Assembly (NCBI GenBank): GCA_027923505.1
Contig: BROI01000016.1
Location: 124,001 to 188,000 of the forward strand
Source of the DNA: Mayamaea pseudoterrestris
Taxonomy: Eukaryota
Length of the DNA: 64,000 bases
Reading direction: 5' to 3'
This document shows, piece by piece, positions 36,641 to 48,574 of this stretch; the stretch's first letter is position 1, and every line of letters begins with the position of its first letter. The position numbers and the translations under genes were made by a program. A model generated the notes under the pieces. It saw only the letters and a program-made list of their open reading frames with translations, did not search any database and was not told the origin of the DNA.

Positions 36641-36982
36641 TTACCCCCTGCTTTCAAGAATGCCATCGTCATCCTCGTCGTCGTCTTCCTGCAGTTGCTG
36701 CCATGGATTGTCGGCAAGACACCAGTCGCACGGCTCGGTGACGATTTGATAGTCGGATGGAACTATGATTGGACTTTGAGATGAGACTGAAGTAGCCATT
36801 GTAAATGTCGATGATGACGATGATGATCGCTCGGTATTTGGCCGCCTTTTGCTGCATCGTCGCGTCTTCTTGTCGCCGTCGACCGACGTCGAAACAGTGC
36901 TCATGTCCGTGTCCAAGGCCGAAGGAACATCGGATCGAACCAAACGCCTTTTGATGAACTTGGAGGCTTGTAATAGACGCAT
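36641..36982 (-). CDS. Small hypothetical protein (may splice on towards ~36490)
   Basis: ATG-initiated ORF MRLLQASKFIKRRL... with Ser-rich and acidic composition. Confidence 0.4.
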   Translation of the reverse strand: MRLLQASKFIKRRLVRSDVPSALDTDMSTVSTSVDGDKKTRRCSKRRPNTERSSSSSSTFTMATSVSSQSPIIVPSDYQIVTEPCDWCLADNPWQQLQEDDDEDDDGILESRG

Positions 36983-37812
36983 GGTATTGTTATAGTGTAG
37001 AAGTAGAGTCTGCTCGTTGCGGATTGAATGAAATATGAGGTGTACGACAAGAGTTCGAATGAATGTTCGAAACGACGACGCCAAGAGTTTCGAAACGCGT
37101 GGGTTTCGAAGTTGTGATGCGTTGATCCGTTGATTGTTCCGTTGACAAAGCCAATCGCTAAGTGACCTTTATGAATACTCTTTCAACGGTCGTGTCAATT
37201 ATTCGATGAGGCTTAAGTAGGAATATCAATTGTGACCAAAGTGGCTGGCTCGCAATGTTCAACACCGCGATATGTTCCATGCAGCGCACATCCGACATCC
37301 GCACAACGCACAACTACTGCTATGTTACTCCCTCCCATGGGAAGACATGGACCGCGTACATGACTGTCAGATGATACAACAAAAGAAAGCCTAGAAGCAT
37401 TTGCAGTTGCGCAATAAGCGTGCGCACACCCTTCTTCGACCGCAATAATGACACGCATTTGCGCATTAAATGACGCATGAGGAGGCATGCAAGACAGGAT
37501 TATGCCAGCTGCACACGAACGGCGAGGATGCAAGGGAAAAATGATGACTTTAGATTTAAGGAACATTCCAGTCAGTGCCAGCCGACGAGATTGCGATGAG
37601 AATCATAACGTTTGCGGTAATTAAAATAGACATTGCCACACAGGCCACCCAAGATGAACGTTGTTTCATTCGCCGCACCTTGCCAGTACGAAACATTTTA
37701 AACTTGGCGATAAACATATGCACGTTAATAGCAGGTTTAAATAACAAGATTTACCTTTCCATAAGACCTACTGCAACAATAGTCGGCCATCACCAATTCA
37801 CAGTCACGCCAT

Positions 37813-38661
37813 TTACTCATCTCCACTGTCGCCACTGTCGCCGCTGCCTTCACTTTCAGTCTCACTTTCGGTATTTCCAGCAGCATCAGCACCCGGTCGG
37901 CCATACGGGAAAGCAATATCAGCCAAAACCAACATTTTCTTGTCGCGATCGACGAGTCCAAACGTTGACAGCTTGCCAACAACCTTTGCAAAACCCGATA
38001 ATTTGTTTGGCTCATAGCCACAAGCCTTGGCCGCCTCCTTGGTAGAGTGCGGCTGCCCGTCCGCCAAGCACTGGCACAACAAATCCGCCTTGGTTTCGCC
38101 CTTGCTGCCCTTGTTGTAAACGCTGAGGAAACGTTCCAACGTTTCCGCATTTGTCTTGGGCGGCTCGACGTGAGGAGCCTCGCGCTTGCCAGCTTCCGTC
38201 AACGTGAGCGTATTGGAAGCTCCATAGGCAATCATGCCCTCCTTTTTCAAAATGCCAAGCGCCTTGAGAAAGCCGGCACTCTTGGGAACATAGTCGGCCA
38301 GCAAGGCGACCTGGTCGCGACTTGGCTCCTTCACGCCAAGTGCGACCCAGTCGGCAATGCTTGCGCAAATCTTGGTACGCTTGTTACCGCCGTCAGCACT
38401 CTTGGAAGCCTTCTTGCTGGCACCGCCACTTGATGGCTTGGCAGTCTTGGCCAATTTGGGCTTGGCAGTGGTTGGTTTCTTGACTGGTTTCTTATCTGGA
38501 GATTTGGACGAGGAGCCTGCGCGAAAAAAGAGTCAGTCAATGATTTTGACGAGTCGTGTTTCAACAGCAGCTGCAGCGTTTGATTCAAGCTTAGTTCAAT
38601 CTGGTCACAGCTGCTTACCTTTCGCCGATGGCTTGGTTTCAATCTTTTTGATGTTAGGCAT
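37813..38661 (-). CDS. Small basic protein: Lys/Pro-rich N-tail, two winged-helix-like repeats, acidic C-tail; exons 38661-38619, 38516-37813
   Basis: G|GTAAGC donor and CGCAG acceptor join MPNIKKIETKPSAK in frame to ORF 37813..38454; internal repeat (A..Y....GF.K..G.L...G.[I/V]). Confidence 0.75.
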
Positions 38662-40043
38662 GGTAAGGTCGGTTTTTTGGTAATGATGAGGAGGAGCAAG
38701 TGGAAGTTGATTTTGTGTGTCCTCACTGTTGCTTCGTCGTGTGTTGACTCCCACGTTGCGTGCGCTCTTTCGGAGCGAAATGGACATGAAGTCAGTCGGA
38801 AGTCGTCCGTCACGTTTCGCGGCATGTATCGCGCCTCGGCTGCATGAGGTCGCCGTCGCATCGAGGTCATGTCGAGGTGCACGCTGGGAACGGAAGCGAA
38901 CCATTGCATCGTTGGCGTGACAATGCCTTTGCAAGACTAGTCCACGCTTATGACAAGCTTGAGAGACGAATGTCGCACCACGCCAAACCTACTGACTCGA
39001 AAGTGAAGTAGTCGGAAGGGTTTTTAGCTGATTGGCGACACTGGTTTTGCTAGAGTGAAAGCTGTAGGATAAGATTCGTTTAAAAGGCACCTATAATCGT
39101 TTAAGGTATAGCTTGGTTCTTCTGCAACCTCATCCACTCATCCAGCGAAAATATTTCGAGTTAGGACGTGCATCAGAAGAAAGTTTCTCATGACGACATC
39201 CAGAATTTGTTTTCAGCGTCAACCTCCCATTATTGCCGACAAAAAGGATTCCGACCAGTCTTCGACTCTTGTCTCGTCCACCTTCAAGGGCAAGCCGATG
39301 AACGTCGCATGCCTCATGGCTCATAGTGACACCGTTCCTGTTGCCGCGCATCGATGAGCACCATACACTACTCCTATACACTCATGCCTGCCTCATGCCT
39401 CATGCCGTCATGCCTGCCTTCTTCAAAGCAGACAACGAGTCGAGTCGCGTCTCGCACCAACCAACGATTCCATTTCCCATTGACTACTGTCTTTCCGATT
39501 CACCTGTCAGTCATGGTGACGCCCAAGCCTTCCCTGCTTGCTTCCATGATGGTTATTCGAGCGTCTTGTCTTCGGAGTCGGTCGCAAGTTGTGCATTGAA
39601 GTTTCCAAAGAACTTGATGACCTTGGGCGTCATGACGCAGGAGGCAATAGTGTAGACCAACAAGTTACTTTGAAAAGTGTCTAAGTAAGCCTCTGAGTCA
39701 TTATCGCATTTCCACGATCAATCCGGGGCATATGTAAGTATCCACTGGAATCACCTACGAAGGCATTCTCGGCTGCACTCGTTCGCACCATGGACAAGAT
39801 CACACTGTATGGCCGATCCACCGACGGCGTGACATTCGCAAGCAACCATCGCACCGATCTTGCATGGTCTTGATCTTGGTGGGTCACCATCACCATCACC
39901 ATCAACGACCGAGGAATCCAGGAGTCATAAATTACACCCAGCGGCGATTCATCCAAATCGCTCGCTTGTCGTTGACTTTTGGTGAATATATTCACGGCTC
40001 ATTGCTTGCTCGCACTCGCTGCCTCGCTTGAATCTTGATCGCC

Positions 40044-43000
40044 ATGAAGGTTTTCCTTCTCGCCTCGCTCCTTGGCGCGATTGCTCCTGCTGTAAGTGAC
40101 GAGATTGATGGCTTGATCGAAGGTTTGATTGATTGACATGTCTCATGATTCGCACCTTTCTCCTCGTACAGCTCGCGGCTGATCTCGGCAAGGCGTCCAC
40201 CGAGTTCTTCATTCCCATGCCTGAAACGGTCTTTTTTGACAAGACCTTTAAAGCAATCTCAGCCGACTCGACTGGCCCAGTTAACACGCTCATTTCCGTC
40301 ACCATTTCCACCAACGGAACGCTTGTCTACTGGGATCACTGGGAGGATGGATACGAGAATCCACTCGTCACCTCCATGCAGTCCACCACGGAGGTTTGGG
40401 GTGACGGCAACGCCGCCAACGGTTGCGCTCCTCGCAAGGGAATCACTTGTACCAACGCCAACGACAAGCTTTTCGCCGGTCAAGCCATTGTCATTCAAAA
40501 CGATGTTTACACTCCTCGCCCCGCCACTGGCGCTCCTCGCGTCTATGATGGAGGCGACAATGTCAAGTCCACCTACCCAGTCGCCATTACGCGTGGAGCC
40601 TACCCCGACAAGCCAGGTTCGCTCCTTGCGGGTGCAGTCGAAGTTTATGATACTTCGTATGGATGGGGCATGGAGTTTTACTCGCCAGTGGGAGTCAACA
40701 AGGATATTGCCACGGGTGCCTTTGGATACGTCGCCATGTACTGTCAAGCCAGAGAGGATACCATGGTATACTTTAATGACGTTTACGCCAAGACGCTCAA
40801 GAAGGGAGAGACTGCCATTTTCGAAAACATTAGAGTTGCCGACAAGGTGACCGCCTCCAAGAACATTCAAGTTGATGTCATTACCGGGGATCCTGGGTCG
40901 ACCTATGAGATGCGCTGGTACGTAACGCTTGACGCTCACTGCTGCTGCTCCTCATGTACGCCTTGGGCATGCTGAGCTTGTACAAAAGGTAACTCACTCT
41001 GCCCCTTAATCTTGTTCTGCATCATGTTGTCGTTAACAGGTACGCTCTCTTGCCCCGCAACATGTACTCTAAGAACTATGTCGGGCCCGTCGGTAACTCC
41101 AAGGGCGGAGTCGGCTACGTCGTCTTTAACCCCAACTCGTTCACAGTCACTGCCACCTACAAGTGGATCGTATCCGGAGTCATCAAGTCAGCGTCACTCA
41201 GCATTCCAGCCAAGACCAATAGCATGACGGCCTCCATTCCCACTGCTTCGGGTGTATTCATTGATTCAGTTGAAGGCGACATTTTGCCAGTCGCAGTCAT
41301 TGACATAACGGAGACTGGACAGATCTTTGACTGGGGATTTCCAGTGCAGCCGCGCGACGCATTGACGCCTCAGGTTCTCATTGGATTAGGTTACGGGTGA
41401 GTCAGTGTGTGTGCGGGTGTATGGCTGTATGGCTAATTGTCGCTTTGCTTGTCGACAGTTCTGTCGTCCATTCCTGACAACTGGTACGAATGACTAACAC
41501 ATCACTTTCCCTTTTATGATAGCTGTACCGATAATAACTGTGCTGACGGCAAGGGTGTCAGATCCGTTGTTTGGATCACCGCTGTAGCGGACGCCGACCT
41601 CTACATTGACTTCAATAATGATGGAACAGTTGACGAAAAGCGCTCCATCAAGGCCCTCACGAACAACATCGTCTTTGATAACTCGGACAAGGACATGTCG
41701 GGAGCATTCTTGTTTGCGACGGCGCCAAACACTGGTGCATCGGGTACACCAAGTAAGCGACTTTTGCTGGCCACCTGTGAAGAGCGGAATATCGTAGCTC
41801 GCTTACTTCCATGACCCGCATTCTTCTCACACGCCTCCCTATCCTCCTTTGAATTTTTGCAGTCAACATTGCCGCCGCTTGGGGACAGAACCCAGACTAC
41901 TCCTTCAGTGGTGACGACTACGCTTTGGATCTTGGAACACTTGTCGTTCCATTCCCATCCATCAAGGTTAGCAAGCACATTGATTTGACAATTGATGCCA
42001 ACAATGACGACCTGTACAACGCTGGCGACACGGTCACCTACACTATTCGTATTGTCAACCAGTCGCCTCGAGAGATTGGCACGGGATCCTTTACCATTTT
42101 GGATCCAGTCCTGAGCCAAATGACCTACATTCCAGGCACAACCAAATACAGCTGCAGTCTTGGAGGTGTTGCAACATCCGTGCCGGATGGCACCACTGGA
42201 ACCAAGTTTCCTCTCGACGAAGTGGGTCTTCTCTCGAGATGCCCATTGACCGCCAAGGGAGGCGAACACGCCGTTTCGTTCCAAGCAAAGATCAATTCGA
42301 ATGCCGTCAATGAACTGACCAACGCTGGTGTTTTAAAGAGTATCGTGTGCGGTGATCTGCCGTTCGATGTGACGGTTCCATTGATTGTTCCTCCGACGAT
42401 GGCACCCACCAAGGTAAGCTTGCGAATGGACGTTGCTTGTGAAGGAAGAGTTTACCTGTTCTCACCATTAACTTTGCCACTTTTCGTGTAGGCCCCAACC
42501 AAGAAGCCCACAAAGGTAAGACTGCCATATGCGCAACAAGAGTTCGTCGCGTTGCTCTCGCTAAACTTCGCTTTCTAACCATGCCAAATTGTTAATCGAA
42601 CCAAGGCTCCAACAAAGGCTCCAACAAAGGCTCCAACGAAAGCACCAACGAAAACACCAACACGAAAGCCGACCAACAAGCCAACGAAGGCCCCTACGAA
42701 AGCACCGACGCGCAAGCCTACAGGCAAACCAACGAAGGCTCCTACTAAGGCTCCAACGAAAGCTCCTACCAAGGCTCCAACGAAAGCTCCTACCAAGGCT
42801 CCAACGAAGGCTCCTACCAAGGCTCCAACCAAGGCTCCAACGAAAGCTCCAACGAAAGCCCCTACCAAGGCACCAACGCGCAAGCCAACTGGCAAACCGA
42901 CGAAAGCTCCAACGAAAGCCCCAACAGGCAAACCTACTGGCAAGCCCACTAAAGCGCCGACGCGCAAGCCGACAGGTAAGCCGACAGGTAAGCCGACTAA

Positions 43001-43226
43001 GGCACCAACGCGCAAGCCGACAGGCAAGCCGACGGGTAAACCGACGGGCAAACCGACAGGCAAACCCTCGAAAGCTCCAACGCGCTCCCCAACCCCGCAA
43101 CCCAAAATAGCCTTTGCTCCTCCGTACGAAGGCAACTGTCCGGTCCCAATTGATCGTCCCGTTTTGGAGTTGTCCAGCAGCAAGACGACGGTCGATCATT
43201 CACGCCGCCGCAATCGCAAGACGTAG
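40044..43226 (+). CDS. Secreted adhesin-like protein: beta-rich N-region, DUF11-like conserved repeat domain, long (A/K)PT(K/R/G) tail; exons 40044-40091, 40172-40917, 41040-41396, 41523-41752, 41863-42413, 42492-42515, 42606-43226
   Basis: Signal MKVFLLASLLGAIAPALA; all junctions GT-AG and in frame; GDTVTYTIRIVN (DUF11-like); DxNxDG-type motifs; colinear with the opposite-strand paralog. Confidence 0.85.
42606..43085 (+). repeat. Coding 12-bp-unit repeat (APTK/KPTG/APTR), ~40 units
   Basis: Directly visible. Confidence 0.9.
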
Positions 43227-43730
43227 CGAAATGCTTCCGCACAGTCCGATATAGCGAATGGAATAATGAATACAACGATTGACTGTAGCGCGATAAGATA
43301 TAATAAAGAAGGTTAAAATACTTCTAAAGCAAGCTTTATATAATGTAGAGAACTGTCATCTTCTTCGCATCTTTCACAAAGATTTCATCACCGTTGCCGC
43401 GACTGAATGATAGCGCCTGCGATCCTCGCGGCAGTACGTACATGTCGTAGACTGCAGCTATGCCGCGAGCATGATCTGCGATGTGGAGCGACGATCAACA
43501 CACGAGGAAGTTTGTACCTCCGTGTCCATTCGTCTGTCAGCGTTTGGCTTCCTGCAGAAGATGTCGAATGGTTGACGAAATATGTCGCTGTTCGCTCATT
43601 CTCAATCTTCATCAACCTCATCAAGTAATCGTTAATAACAAGAACGCGAGGACTGAAGACTACAGACACGCCAGCTCTGCGACTACACACTATAAGATAT
43701 TGGCATTATCAAGAGAGGCTACGTACAGCC

Positions 43731-46112
43731 TTAATAACGCTCGAGATTCTTTTCCGTTTTGGTCGATGAAAGCTTCAAAGTTTTTCGCGGCATGCAGGCC
43801 GGAGGGATCGTTGGAACTAACGAGACGTAAGCCGAAGGCGATGTGTCGATTGGGAACGGTGTTGGTGATGCTGTCACTAAGCCACTCGTTGGAACGATGG
43901 ATTGCGAGTCCACTGGATAGGCAGTTGGTCCAGGCGTTGGAGCCTGATGAGCGAAATAATTCGGCAAAGTGTCAGCGAATATGCCATCAACCAGAGTGTA
44001 GCAGCCAAAGCAGAAGATGCATTACACAACGTACCTCAGTTGGCATTACCAGAGGGACCGACACTTCAAATGGAAGGTCCTCTCCCAAGTTGCTTCGCAT
44101 GACACCACGGTTCGTCAATGTGGTATTGGTGACTTGACTTTCACTGACAACTACAGCCTGGAAGGAGATGGTATGCATGCCACCCTTACCATGGAGAGTA
44201 CACTTGGACGCCAAACCCTCAGCATCCAAAGGAAACGCCGTGTCGTTCTTGTTGTCGGAGACGCTGAATGAGGTTGCATTGGCACTGCACGTGTATCTAG
44301 TCGAGCCGCTCACGTATGTCATTTGGTCAAGCACTGGATCAACTATAGTAAAAGATTCTTTGGCGAGATTTCTGGCGGATTGATTTATGACGCGAATGGT
44401 GTACGCCACCGTGTCGCCGGGGCCAAACAGACCGTCGCCATTTATATCATTGGCAAGCTCGGCGTGCTTGCTGACCTTCAAAGAAGGGAAAGGAACAATG
44501 ACGGTACCAAGATCCAAAGCAAAAGCGTCGTTGGCAAAGGAGTAATCTGGATTCTGTCCCCAGGCCGCGGCAATATTTACTGCAGAGTGTCCAAGCGAAC
44601 AAAACGGTTAGCTTCGTCAAATGAATCCAGGGACACGCTAAAGTTGACCTACCTGGGGCACCGTATTTTCCGGATCCGGTCTCCGTGGCAAAAATGAATG
44701 CCCCCGACATGTCATTGTCGTTCGAATCTGACACCATGTTGCTTGTCAAGGCCAGAATCGAGCGGGTTTCGTCAACCGTTCCGTCATTGTCCAAATCAAT
44801 GTATAGGTCAGCATCTTCCACTGATGTTACCCAGACGACAGATCGGACGCCCTTATCATCGCTGCATTCATTATTGGTGCAGCCGAATCCAAGACCAACG
44901 AGGACTTGCGGCGTCAAGCTATCGCGCGGCATGACCGGGAATCCCCAATCGTACAGATCTCCAGTGTCGACTGTATCGACAACGGCTAATACAACAATAT
45001 CGCCTCCGTCCGAGTCAATAAAAGCTCCTGATCCAGTTGGAATGACAGTGGATAGCGAATTTGTCATGGATGATACAGTGACTGTAGTTGATTTTCTCAA
45101 ACCTGAATCTAGCCATTGATACGTTACATCGACGCTGCTTTCGTTGCTTGGATTGAACAAAACCAACTCGACGCCTCCTTTTGTGTTTCCAACTGGAGCG
45201 ACAAAGCTGCGAGAATACAATCCACGTGGCAACAGTGTAAACCAGCGCATTTCATATTTGGAACCTCTGTCGCCTGTGACAAGATGAACTTGAATTGGGT
45301 TTGATGCAGACAGTTCATCTCCAACGTGGACGTACTCGAAGACAAAAGTCTCGCCCTTGTTGAGCGTTGCTGATTGGTTGCCATTGAACGCGAGCGTCGT
45401 GCTGTCTTCGCCTGCCTGGCAATACATGGCGACATACCCAAAGGCATCTGTTGGAAGGTTGGCGTCGGTCCCAACAGGTGAAAGGAATTCCTTTCCCCAG
45501 CCATATCCCTTGTCGTAAACTTCCGTGGCACCGGCCAAAAGCGACCCCGGCTTCTGCGCATACGCGCCTCTTGTAATGGCAACAGGAAAGGTCGTCTTTA
45601 TGTTGTCGCCTCCATCGTAAAGAACAGATCCATTTAAATTGCGCGGAATATCAACATCATTCTGCAAAATGATAGCCTGTCCAGCAAGCAACCTATCATT
45701 TTCGTCGGTGCAAGTCTTCCCGGCCTTTGGAGCGCATCCGTTAGTAGCATTTCCATCTCCCCAAACCTCCGTGGTAGACTGCATTGCAGGATTTAAAGGG
45801 TTTTCAAAACCATCCTCCCAATGATCCCAGTAGACGATGGTGCCGTTGGTCGATATCGTGACTGATACGAGGGTATGAATTGGAGCAGTGGCCGACGACG
45901 AAATCTGTTGAAATGTCCTATCAAAAGCAAGCTCTTCAGGCATTGGGACAAAAAACTCTTGAGATGCCAAGCCAATGTTGGCGGCCCACTAAGGAGAGAA
46001 CATAGATACTCGCGTTAATTTAGTGAGTTTACAAAGGAAGTATGACGAGAAACAGTGCACTTACGGTTGGTGCAACGGCGACCGCGAGCGTCGAAAGAGA
46101 TAGCAGTTTCAT
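43731..46112 (-). CDS. Convergent paralog of the DUF11-like adhesin with a short tail; exons 46112-46065, 45988-44653, 44579-44035, 43943-43731
   Basis: Shared YWDHWEDG.ENP...QSTTEVWGDGN, PGSLLAGA.EVYD, DWGFPV.PRD.LTPQVL and GDTV.YTIR; same 48-nt first exon length. Confidence 0.85.
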
Positions 46113-46734
46113 TTGGACAGCGGTGGAGAGATATAAGATCTGTCAAAGTGTGCTTGTGAGCCTTTGTTGGAAGCAACACTGTACAATTGGCCGCTCGAGT
46201 GTCCCGGCGAAAGCGCTCGACTACCGGTAGTCAGGTCTTGGTTCGACTACCAGTCATCGAATCGGAGGCAGTCAACCTCTACTTTTCATCGGATCTGACC
46301 GCTTCTGTGAGTCGTGCATGACCAGTAGAGTAGGAGTTCACTCTTTTGTTGCCGAAACCTTGCTTGCTCGTCCACATGCCGGACGAAGCCGTGAAGTCCA
46401 AAGTAGCAAATGGCCGGTCAATGTCTCAGTGTGTTCGACCTCTTTCAACATGGCGCGGAAGGCGATTAGCTATGAATGTACCTTGCATAATGATAACCAC
46501 AACGTTTAGTCTTTCCTCTCTTAGTAATCGGCAGAGAGAATCCAACTTTAGTCATCATTCATTCAATGAGTTCATGCCGACATGCCGACTCGGGCATCAA
46601 AGCCATGTGCGTTCTCCCGTCGATCTTTTAAGATGATGATTGCGATGGTACGCGAATCGATGAAGTTACCTTCGTGTAGTTGCATTCATAGTCACGTCAA
46701 AGTTGGCTTGCTTAAAAGTCAACGACGCATTGGC

Positions 46735-48093
46735 TCATTTTCGCTTCTCCTTGTCTTTTCTCAAACGCGACAGCTCAAGTACTTTGACAAGACACCAGCT
46801 CGCTGCTCGGGGCCACCACAAACCTAGCGCCACAAGTCGCACGCAGTGATGTGCCGACACCCACGAAAGCTGCCCTGTCCATGACAAATATTTGCCTGAC
46901 GACGAGCTTGTCAAAAGCGAGAAGAGAATAGCCACCAGATACAAGCCATCCAGTATACCATTCAATTTGCAATTTACGTTGCGCGATTGCCAATTCAAGA
47001 GGTCCAACACATTCGTAACTAGTAGCGCCGTTGCATACAGCGGTATCGCCAGCGAGATTGCTCGATGGTAGCTCGTCCAAGTGTGAAGCAATGCAACGCC
47101 AGCAACGAAGCGCAAACGGTTTTGCATGGTTACTGCAAAGTTTGACATGGTTGGATCGTTTTGTGCAGATTTTGCAGGAAGAATGCAAACCGAGCTACTG
47201 TCCGTGGCAATGTTATCGTTGCTTTGCTTCATAGCATTGATCAGGCCGATCACTGGTCGCTGTTCGACAGCCATAGGCGCGTCATGGTAAACACTGGCAA
47301 ACTCGTCGTATTCATCGTCGCCGCCGACTTCGTCATGAATAAGCTCCGTTGCAATTGATTCGTCTTGGTAAACTGTTGGTTGCTGTCGTGACTTGCTGCT
47401 GACATTGGACGTGTGCATGGTTTTTTGGTCCCAGTCATTGTTCGTAAAGGACTCGTCGACTTGTTTCAAACTAGCAGCGCTCTTGACTCTGGCGTACGCT
47501 TGGAAAGTCTTGTCGTCTGCATCTCCATTCTTCGAGCGAGTACTTCGAGCCAAATGTTCATTGTAAATGAGCCGAAGGTCTTTCAGCTTGGGCACCTCAA
47601 CGCCGGCAAATTGCGGCAGTGCAATAAGGTCATCTACGGACGAGACGAAACAATCTTCCATGACTTGCAAGGGAGTACTTTTCAGACGGGACGTTTCAGT
47701 ATCAGCGGCTGGAATTGACTTGCTAGCTTGTTGCTCACGAAAGGCCTTGGCAAGAGCTGCCAATAGCTGACCGTTTTGTGCGAGAGAAATGAATCGCAGG
47801 CAAACATGGAATAGATCCAGACTCGTCAGACCAACAAGTTCCGCAGTTGCTTCATCCTTTTCGTCTTTTTTCTCCGTGACTAGCATCCAAATGTATTTCA
47901 ACAAGACCTTGTCAACGCCGGTGAGTGAAAACAAGACGCTCGCTTGCTTGGCCGACAGTTGCAGTGCAGATTGACAGTCGTAGTCACGCCGTAGAATCGT
48001 ACGCAGCAAGTACAACGCATACGCTTCCTCGACAGCATTTGGTCTGTAGCTGAATGGAGGTGAAGAAGATAATGCATCGACAGTGAATGGCAT
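46735..48093 (-). CDS. Hypothetical protein with an N-terminal EH-domain-like segment and C-terminal hydrophobic helices
   Basis: LSAKQASVLFSLTGVDKVLLKYIWMLV resembles the EH consensus; several hydrophobic stretches near the C-terminus. Confidence 0.6.
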   Translation of the reverse strand: MPFTVDALSSSPPFSYRPNAVEEAYALYLLRTILRRDYDCQSALQLSAKQASVLFSLTGVDKVLLKYIWMLVTEKKDEKDEATAELVGLTSLDLFHVCLRFISLAQNGQLLAALAKAFREQQASKSIPAADTETSRLKSTPLQVMEDCFVSSVDDLIALPQFAGVEVPKLKDLRLIYNEHLARSTRSKNGDADDKTFQAYARVKSAASLKQVDESFTNNDWDQKTMHTSNVSSKSRQQPTVYQDESIATELIHDEVGGDDEYDEFASVYHDAPMAVEQRPVIGLINAMKQSNDNIATDSSSVCILPAKSAQNDPTMSNFAVTMQNRLRFVAGVALLHTWTSYHRAISLAIPLYATALLVTNVLDLLNWQSRNVNCKLNGILDGLYLVAILFSLLTSSSSGKYLSWTGQLSWVSAHHCVRLVALGLWWPRAASWCLVKVLELSRLRKDKEKRK

Positions 48094-48574
48094 GTTGCGA
48101 AGGAATAAGTCATGCGCTGCGACGGAACAAATTCATCATGGCGGCGCGGTCGAAGTGAGCATTCACGGTGCGACAGCATGCGACAGGTGAGTTACGTGAG
48201 CAACTTTGGCTCATTAGCTTACTGTTAACGAAAGGCAACCAAGGCAACCGCGGAGCATATTGATCGTACTGATATATAGCTACGATAGGATATTGAATTA
48301 TGTACCGTACCTTAACGCCTACGAGGTAGAGGAAAAAGGTTGGCAACGCGATCGATTAGATTTATCGGAACGAAAGGATTTGGTATACAATGAGTCGCCG
48401 GCTTACAAATAGTTCACGATATAGTACTGTTTTTTATGCGCTCGTTCAGGCTTTGATGTTTTTTCGGCACGGCTGGGCTCGGCACTGCACGGTGCGGTAC
48501 GGCAAGGTGTTATCGAGTCGAGCCGCTGGGTGGCCCACTCTCTCACACCAAGCAGAAATACGCTTCCATGATAT

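Noticed and set aside
39300..39430. Short (CATGCCT)n-like low-complexity run
   Set aside because: Few degenerate copies and not seen elsewhere in the window
42561..43199. Minus-strand hydrophobic and Arg-Trp ORFs, and the + strand RLQRK ORF
   Set aside because: Alternative-frame shadows of the APTK repeat exon
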